A stretch of 30,140 nucleotides of DNA from a virus. Lineage: Duplodnaviria > Caudoviricetes. Positions 24,829 to 30,140 of the stretch are shown here, piece after piece; position 1 is the stretch's first letter, and each line of letters opens with the position of its first letter. A program made the translations under genes and the position numbers. The notes under the pieces were generated by a model that was given only the letters and a program-made list of their open reading frames with translations, was not told the origin of the DNA and made no database searches. The stretch spans positions 1-30,140 of the IMG/VR virus record IMGVR_UViG_3300011335_000497. One strand, given 5' to 3'.

Positions 24829-25272
24829 TTATGAATTACCAAAATCCAATGTCATTTCTTCGTTTGGTTCCGGTATGTCTACCCCGAAATATTCGTTTGT
24901 AAATTGTCGAATTTCCGTCACAAAATCCATAAACTGCGACGTCGACAATTCCGTCGTTGACTTGACCCGCTCTACTATTTCGCCCGTTTCTTCGTTTGTA
25001 AAAATTGTTTCTTTTAAAAACTTTAATTTAATTAAATCGTGGGTCGCCTCGTTTGTCATAACATAACCAGCGTCGCGCAAACAGTTTTGTACTATCGGAA
25101 TAATAACTCCGTGATAAAATGCGTTTTGCGGGTTCGATCGTTTCTTTTTTGGTTTTTCCAATGTGATTAAAACGTCTGTACCCTCGAAACTTTTAATCGC
25201 GTCAATTATTAAATTGCGGTTTCGTTTCAGGTTCCCGTTGTTGACGTTTGACCTGATTGTTATTTTTTGCAT
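24829..25272 (-). CDS. NinB-like recombination accessory protein
   Basis: KRS..QNAFYH and STTELS..QF.DF...I. Confidence 0.65.
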   Translation of the reverse strand: MQKITIRSNVNNGNLKRNRNLIIDAIKSFEGTDVLITLEKPKKKRSNPQNAFYHGVIIPIVQNCLRDAGYVMTNEATHDLIKLKFLKETIFTNEETGEIVERVKSTTELSTSQFMDFVTEIRQFTNEYFGVDIPEPNEEMTLDFGNS

Positions 25273-25649
25273 TATATAAAAAACTTAAAATTTGCAACAA
25301 TTTTTCTGTTTTCGTCAAATTTAAAATAACCCATTTCTAAACCCTTTGCAAAGTATTTTTGTTTTTTATCGTTGGCAATTCTGTATTGCAATTCTTTGCG
25401 TTCCTCTGGGTCGCTTATGTATTGAAAAAAAGAATATGAATTGGTTGGGTTGTATATTTTTTTAATCAATCCCAAGTCTTCTAATTCAGATAATCTGGCC
25501 GAACACGTTTGATGCTTCCAACCTTTTAAAATAAAGTGTCCAAGTGTTAAAGGTTGTTTTGATATTTCCAACAATATTTTTGCGCTGTCGCTTTTTGCTT
25601 TGCCTGACGTAATTTGATAAATTAAAGCGTCGATTTTATTTGATTTCAT
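25272..25649 (-). CDS. Winged-helix-like hypothetical protein
   Basis: HQT.SARLSELEDLGLI. Confidence 0.6.
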   Translation of the reverse strand: MKSNKIDALIYQITSGKAKSDSAKILLEISKQPLTLGHFILKGWKHQTCSARLSELEDLGLIKKIYNPTNSYSFFQYISDPEERKELQYRIANDKKQKYFAKGLEMGYFKFDENRKIVANFKFFI

Positions 25650-25660
25650 AATTTTTATTT

Positions 25661-26545
25661 TTAAAAGTTAGGTTTATTTTTATTGTTAAATATCTGTTCA
25701 ATTTCTTGTTTTGAAAGTGATTCGTCAATTACGCAAGGCAGCCAATCGGAATTGACTTCAAAGGCGAAATTTTCAAACGGTGGGTTTCTACTGTATTCCG
25801 AAGTTACCAAAACGGCGTCGTCGTCCTTTTCTACAAATACTACCGTTTCGGCTTTTTTCAATACTGCCGACCCCAAATGCCCTGTTGGTTTTTTGCTGCC
25901 AAAATTCCTGTGAAGCACCGTAATGATGTGACAATTTTCGTTCCCGCTCCATTCCAAAAGTTTTTGCGCAACTTCGTTCGAGGCTTCCAGGTTGTTCACG
26001 TCGTTTACTAAATCGGCAACCCCGTCAATGATCAATAATCCGATATTGCCTTTGTACTGGCTTTCGTTAAAAATCCAATCAATAAACTTAAAACGTTCCG
26101 ATGCCGATAAGGTACGAAGCGCAAACGGTTTGTAATTTTTTGGGTTTGTCCCTACCATTTCGGCAACCCTTCGGAAAACGCGTTGGGCTTGATATTCGCT
26201 TTGCTCCGTGTCAATATCAATAACCCATTTATTGCCGACGTTATGTCCTTTAATTTCGAAACTGTATTCGTTTGAATTTCCGCCAATATAACAAGCCGTT
26301 ATTAAAGATTTTAAAAAAGTTTTCTTTGACTTTGACGCCCCGACAATACAGGAAAAATCCCCATAACTTCCAAACGGTATTGGATAGTCATTGCCTTTGT
26401 ATTTACTTACCCCGATACTTATTGCAACCGGTTGAGGTTTCAAAACTTTGTCGATGTCAACAAATTGCAAATCGTGAATTTTTGTAAAATCAAAATACTG
26501 CTTTGGCGGTTCGTTTTTCAACTCAATTTTTGGCAATTCAATCAT
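25661..26545 (-). CDS. RecA/AAA_25-type ATPase, putative replicative helicase
   Basis: Walker A variant GASKSKKT, DTEQ, Walker B LLIIDG, VLH and GHLGS...KKAET. Confidence 0.8.
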   Translation of the reverse strand: MIELPKIELKNEPPKQYFDFTKIHDLQFVDIDKVLKPQPVAISIGVSKYKGNDYPIPFGSYGDFSCIVGASKSKKTFLKSLITACYIGGNSNEYSFEIKGHNVGNKWVIDIDTEQSEYQAQRVFRRVAEMVGTNPKNYKPFALRTLSASERFKFIDWIFNESQYKGNIGLLIIDGVADLVNDVNNLEASNEVAQKLLEWSGNENCHIITVLHRNFGSKKPTGHLGSAVLKKAETVVFVEKDDDAVLVTSEYSRNPPFENFAFEVNSDWLPCVIDESLSKQEIEQIFNNKNKPNF

Positions 26546-26552
26546 AATTTTA

Positions 26553-27056
26553 TTAATTTAAGTTTTTGTAGTGGTTTATTGCTTCCGAAATTTGACTATT
26601 TAGCCCTTTTTCTACCTTTTCCGACGTCCAAATACCTAAAAGGTGATTTTGTATGTCTTCAAAATTATCTTTAATTAAAACGGCGTCTTTGTCTTTTTGT
26701 TCTTGCGTCATAACTAACGGGTGCAAATTACAAAGGCCAAGCGATTTTGTAAGGGAATTATATTCGATATTGTTTAATTTGTCTTTGAATTGTTCGTACA
26801 ACTGTATTAACGGGGTTTTTAAAATTTCGTGCAATCTTTTTTGTGCAAATTTTAAGTTTTGATAAAATTGCAATTCGTTGATAAAACAATAAACGTACAT
26901 TTTTGCAAACAACCTGTTTTGTTGTAGTTCCTGCGCCTTTTGTCGGTTAATCCATTTCGCAACAACTGTGACGGCTTCGATGTCGTTTTGGTTTGGTGTG
27001 TGCGTTCCATTAGATACCCTCCACACAATACGTTGCATTGCCTTTTCGATTGTCAT
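26553..27056 (-). CDS. Hypothetical protein
   Basis: 167 aa ORF in the replication cluster. Confidence 0.7.
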   Translation of the reverse strand: MTIEKAMQRIVWRVSNGTHTPNQNDIEAVTVVAKWINRQKAQELQQNRLFAKMYVYCFINELQFYQNLKFAQKRLHEILKTPLIQLYEQFKDKLNNIEYNSLTKSLGLCNLHPLVMTQEQKDKDAVLIKDNFEDIQNHLLGIWTSEKVEKGLNSQISEAINHYKNLN

Positions 27057-27361
27057 AAAGCCCCAATTTTATTTGCGTTTTTAGACTTTATATATTCACG
27101 AACCCAAAAGCATATTTCTTGTGTTGATAATTTAAAAGTGCGTCCGTACATTCCCAAACTTCCGTTTCTTAATGCGAGAATAAAATCAACTCCACTTAAC
27201 TTTGGAAATTCCGACAATACGTCTTGAACTAAACCAGTAACATCGAAAGGTTCTGTTTTTGTGCGTTCAAACGCGAATAACAATGATTTTTCCAAATCTA
27301 CTTGTCTTTGGTTACCCGTTTTCATTTTTTCTGATTTCGTTTGTAATTCTTGTAAGCTCAT
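27053..27361 (-). CDS. Hypothetical protein (possible helicase loader-associated)
   Basis: 102 aa ORF directly after the initiator. Confidence 0.65.
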   Translation of the reverse strand: MSLQELQTKSEKMKTGNQRQVDLEKSLLFAFERTKTEPFDVTGLVQDVLSEFPKLSGVDFILALRNGSLGMYGRTFKLSTQEICFWVREYIKSKNANKIGAL

Positions 27362-27944
27362 TTTGTTTTTGTTTTTTATGGTTATTATTATTAAAATTGG
27401 TCTCGTTTTTTGCCCATGTTTCCAAACGCCTTTCTAAACTCCAAGTCCTTTCTAATTCTTGTTTAAATTTTGTGTTTGACTTATTTGGCTCTGTCCAATA
27501 ATTATAAAATTCTCTAATTAATTCTTTTGTATAATTATCAATAAAAGGTTTTAGAGTGTTAGCAAATTTTAATTTGCGACTATCTATACTATTATTATTT
27601 ATATGTATTACTTTATCACTTACACTTACACTATCACTTACGGTATTTTTGGTATCATTTGGTATACCATTTATACCAGTGGTATTTTTGGTATTTTCCC
27701 ACCTCTTATTAATATTTTCAATATTTCTTTGTCTAGTCCTTTCATACTTAACTAAATCACGCTTTAAACACTGTTTTATAGGCTCAAAAGTTAATTGAAT
27801 AATTAGGTCATCGGTAGTTGGTTCTTCATCGTTTACGTAGCTTAAAATGTGTTTAAACAATTCCCCAGCATTTTCATTTGGCATTTTATTTACAGTATGA
27901 ATTAAATCACAATACAGTAAAAATGATTTTTTATTTTCTGCCAT
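27312..27944 (-). CDS. Replisome organiser/initiator (DUF6291-like N-terminus)
   Basis: KKSFLLYCD...G.LFKHIL.Y...LKRDL.KY, a low-complexity linker and C-terminal FYNYW.E....K. Confidence 0.75.
   Translation of the reverse strand: MAENKKSFLLYCDLIHTVNKMPNENAGELFKHILSYVNDEEPTTDDLIIQLTFEPIKQCLKRDLVKYERTRQRNIENINKRWENTKNTTGINGIPNDTKNTVSDSVSVSDKVIHINNNSIDSRKLKFANTLKPFIDNYTKELIREFYNYWTEPNKSNTKFKQELERTWSLERRLETWAKNETNFNNNNHKKQKQNELTRITNEIRKNENG
27614..27697. repeat. Iteron-like repeats, putative replication origin
   Basis: GGTATTTTTGGTAT twice (27642, 27681), GGTAT/ATACC at ~10 bp spacing and CACTTA repeats, all inside the initiator gene. Confidence 0.55.
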
Positions 27945-27962
27945 AGTATGTATAAATGTTAA

Positions 27963-28044
27963 AATCCGATACAGTCAGCGTATTGTGAGATTTCGCTTTC
28001 CGTATCGGATTCTTATAATATTTTTATTTTGTAATAAATCTCAC
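27963..28044 (-). promoter_or_regulatory. Structured 5' leader of the initiator gene
   Basis: 10-bp stem 27963-72/28002-11 with inner stem AGCG/CGCT. The loop (27985-93) is complementary to 28036-44. Confidence 0.6.
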
Positions 28045-28056
28045 TAAATTACAATG

Positions 28057-28064
28057 CAAATATA
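28057..28064 (-). promoter_or_regulatory. Host-type -7 element for replication genes
   Basis: TATATTTG in the intergenic gap. Confidence 0.65.
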
Positions 28065-28085
28065 AAAAATATTTTAAATAAAATG

Positions 28086-28727
28086 TTATTTATCTTCCGG
28101 AACTTGCTGAATTTGATCTTCTTCAATTCCCGGAAACGGTGATGCCTCAATAGTTCGCGAAATTGCTTCCATGTATTCTGGCGTCTTTACGATTTTTTCT
28201 TTTATAAAATCGGGCAAACTATCGAATTTTATTCCGTCGAAGTTTTCAAAGTCAAACACAAATGTTTCGTTTACCTGCGCCGGGCAATCCAATCCTCTTG
28301 GCATTGGGGAAACGCTGCCGATTTCCTGATAAATTTTGGTCGGGTCTTTTGCACCTGGCTTGTGAATAATGTTCAACATACAGGGAACGCCTAATAGTTT
28401 TGTAATGTCGAACGCTTCAGCTTCTTCGTCCGAAAAGGCTTTGCCCCTCCAACTTTGTAAATCTTTGCGCAAATTGGCTTTATCTGACAAACTCAATGTG
28501 TATTCCTTATCGATAACGCAAGGTTGTTCGCCTTTTTCAGGATTGAAAATCTTTAGTTCCGTTGGAAGCTCCCAACCGATTCGGACTTTGTGCATTTGCT
28601 TTTTTACTCCCAAAAATTCTTCTTCGCACGTTCCGATGTCTATCATTTTATAACAACGGGCAACGTAATTCCCCGCCATAATTAATTCTCTTTCGAACGT
28701 TTCAGTTTTTTTTGCTATGATTGCCAT
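28086..28727 (-). CDS. Putative ssDNA-binding/replication protein
   Basis: G.YVARC..MIDIGT, YTLSL.DKANLRKDL.SWRG..F and LLG.PC.L.I.H, with an acidic tail. Confidence 0.65.
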   Translation of the reverse strand: MAIIAKKTETFERELIMAGNYVARCYKMIDIGTCEEEFLGVKKQMHKVRIGWELPTELKIFNPEKGEQPCVIDKEYTLSLSDKANLRKDLQSWRGKAFSDEEAEAFDITKLLGVPCMLNIIHKPGAKDPTKIYQEIGSVSPMPRGLDCPAQVNETFVFDFENFDGIKFDSLPDFIKEKIVKTPEYMEAISRTIEASPFPGIEEDQIQQVPEDK

Positions 28728-28750
28728 AATTTCTAATTTTTAAGTGTTTA

Positions 28751-29194
28751 TTAAAATTTTACTGTGATTGAACTTTTACGCGGGGTTGTTCCAACTTTTG
28801 GAACGTCGTTTCCATACGCGTCGATTATTGTTTGCTTTTGCGCCAATTTTAAAAGTTCGACGCGTGCTTCCAGGTCGGCTTTCAATTGGTTGTAAATTTC
28901 GTCTTCTGAATAATTTACCGTTGCACCGCCGTTTGTATAATTAAATTCAACGCCGTTTTTGTCGGTCTTTTCCAAAATGTCGATTTTGTCCCGGAACGCT
29001 GCGTCGGCGGAATTGACAACTTCTTTAAGTCTGACAATGTTTGTCCAAACTTGCAACGGATCAACTTCGCCTTTTTCCAATAGGTCGTCAACCATGCGTT
29101 TGCCTGTTAAAATTGCTTCTTTTTTTGTGAAAGTTGGCGCGTACATTGTTGCAACTTGTTCCGCCTTAAATTCGAAATAAAGGTCTTTGCTCAT
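28751..29194 (-). CDS. Hypothetical early protein
   Basis: 147 aa helical ORF preceding the SSB-like gene. Confidence 0.7.
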   Translation of the reverse strand: MSKDLYFEFKAEQVATMYAPTFTKKEAILTGKRMVDDLLEKGEVDPLQVWTNIVRLKEVVNSADAAFRDKIDILEKTDKNGVEFNYTNGGATVNYSEDEIYNQLKADLEARVELLKLAQKQTIIDAYGNDVPKVGTTPRKSSITVKF

Positions 29195-29214
29195 AATTTT
29201 AATTTTTAAAGTGA

Positions 29215-29352
29215 TTAATTTGTTTCTGAAATTTCGGGGTTTTCGACTTCGATTTCCTCGATGTCTTCGTAATCGTGGTAGTAATCGTCGTCGCTTTGAT
29301 TTGCTGGGTTGTTGGAATTAAATGTTCCCTCGATGTAGTCGTCTAAAGTCAT
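29215..29352 (-). CDS. Small highly acidic protein (45 aa)
   Basis: Not in the track. MTLDDYIEGTFNSNNPANQSDDDYYHDYEDIEEIEVENPEISETN*, with an AATTATG start. Confidence 0.65.
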   Translation of the reverse strand: MTLDDYIEGTFNSNNPANQSDDDYYHDYEDIEEIEVENPEISETN

Positions 29353-29524
29353 AATTTTGATTTTTTAAGTTAGGCGAAGTTAATCTTTTTTTTTGATTAC
29401 ACAACACAATTAAGTCATTTTTTTTATCTAAAATTAATAAATTAAAAGCCAATTGACCTATTGCGTTTAAATCTTGGTATCTTTTACCTTTCAACATCCA
29501 ATAACCCTTTTTTAACTTTAACAT
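29318..29524 (-). CDS. Hypothetical basic protein
   Basis: 68 aa ORF overlapping both neighbours. Confidence 0.5.
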   Translation of the reverse strand: MLKLKKGYWMLKGKRYQDLNAIGQLAFNLLILDKKNDLIVLCNQKKRLTSPNLKNQNYDFRRLHRGNI

Positions 29525-29676
29525 TGGATTGCGTTTTTTAAAAGTTTGTAAGCGTTTTCGCGGCCTCCAACGGCATTGATTTGGTTTTGCGAGAAAACCA
29601 ATTGAAAACGTTGATTTTTTACGTCCAGCGGGTCGATTGGTTTCGCCCCGCGCTTTTTTTGAGTTTGTTGTTTCAT
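29518..29676 (-). CDS. Small basic putative DNA-binding protein (52 aa)
   Basis: MKQQTQKKRGAKPIDPLDVKNQRFQLVFSQNQINAVGGRENAYKLLKNAIQC*; TAATG coupling. Confidence 0.6.
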   Translation of the reverse strand: MKQQTQKKRGAKPIDPLDVKNQRFQLVFSQNQINAVGGRENAYKLLKNAIQC

Positions 29677-29939
29677 TATTTAATTGAGTTTTTAAGTTCC
29701 GACATTACTTTTATAAACGCGTCGTTGAATTCTTCTTCCGTGCTTGTAATTGCATCAATATTAAGAGGCAATTCAGCATAAGTTTTTTGAATTGCAATAT
29801 TGTCCGAACTCTGGGTTACGCAAATACAATCATCTTTAGAAATTACTTTAAATTGGTGGCAGTATGTTTTATAAAACGCTGGCAATTCGACTTGTATTTC
29901 ATTGACTAATTCTGTTTTTTGTTTGATTGTGATTACCAT
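29676..29939 (-). CDS. Hypothetical protein (start revised to ATG 29939)
   Basis: ATG lies 4 nt after the stop of the Ala-repeat gene. Confidence 0.65.
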   Translation of the reverse strand: MVITIKQKTELVNEIQVELPAFYKTYCHQFKVISKDDCICVTQSSDNIAIQKTYAELPLNIDAITSTEEEFNDAFIKVMSELKNSIK

Positions 29940-29943
29940 TTTT

Positions 29944-30140
29944 TTAAATATTAAATTTTTCAATTGATATGCATTTGCGAACTATGTCCGCCGTTTGTTG
30001 TTCGTTTTGTTTTCTGACAGCAGCAGCATCAGCAGCAGCAGCAGCAGTAGCAGCAGCAGCAGAACAAGCATCAGCAGCAGCAGCAGTAGCAGTATCAGCA
30101 GCAGACCAAGCATCAGCAGCAGCAGACCAAGCAGCAGCAG
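29944..30140 (-). CDS. Ala-repeat protein, 3' part
   Basis: ...AAAWSAAADAWSAADTATAAAADACSAAAATAAAAADAAAVRKQNEQQTADIVRKCISIEKFNI*, in frame with 433..1. Confidence 0.8.
   Translation of the reverse strand, partial: AAAWSAAADAWSAADTATAAAADACSAAAATAAAAADAAAVRKQNEQQTADIVRKCISIEKFNI
30018..30140. repeat. Degenerate (CAG)n/(GCT)n repeat, right part
   Basis: Same units as 1..157. Confidence 0.95.

Noticed and set aside
26320-26345. Inactive helicase because Walker A lacks GKT
   Set aside because: GxxKSKKT variants occur, to my knowledge, in Bacteroidetes AAA proteins, and the catalytic K/T and Walker B are retained.
29628-29660. GC-rich hairpin as a terminator
   Set aside because: It lies within the 52-aa ORF (KKRGAKPIDP) and has no U tract on the coding strand.
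1151-29781. Plus-strand ORFs in the track and nested minus ORFs (5479..5784, 9221..9454, 12774..12965)
   Set aside because: They are shadows of convincing minus-strand genes or of non-coding elements, with no motifs or expression signals.
30018-30140. CRISPR array or DGR variable region
   Set aside because: There is no repeat-spacer structure, and no cas gene, reverse transcriptase or template repeat was recognised.
1-30140. Alternative genetic code or stop-codon reassignment
   Set aside because: Long genes are intact under the standard bacterial code, and TAA, TGA and TAG all end genes at overlaps with the next start.

Overview
This appears to be a complete, circularly closed ~30.1 kb genome of a tailed dsDNA phage (siphovirus-like). 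The host is probably a Bacteroidetes/Flavobacterium-type bacterium, inferred from TAnnTTTG promoters, A-rich start regions without Shine-Dalgarno motifs and a Flavobacteriaceae-like Fur box. One Ala-repeat ORF reads in frame across the 1/30140 junction. All credible protein genes are on the minus strand. In transcription order they are: early genes from ~843 through the junction, SSB-like and replisome genes, helicase, NinB/NinG, an accessory block with a tRNA-like RNA and gene remnants, an ECF-like sigma factor, a ParB-MTase, terminase, tail genes, head genes, tail tube, portal, tail fibre and lysis genes. I recognised no integrase or DNA polymerase. The most interesting signal is non-coding. 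A ~300 bp control region (807-1119) holds a Fur-box-like palindrome between divergent promoters. One of those promoters drives a ~70 nt plus-strand RNA whose 5' half is antisense to the start regions of at least nine early/middle phage genes. This suggests a possible iron-responsive, multi-target sRNA switch. Other signals are a four-copy late promoter (AAAA-N13-CGTTATA), two pseudoknot-like RNA elements, a -1 frameshift and a tRNA mimic without an anticodon loop. All family assignments come from motif recognition by eye, not database searches.
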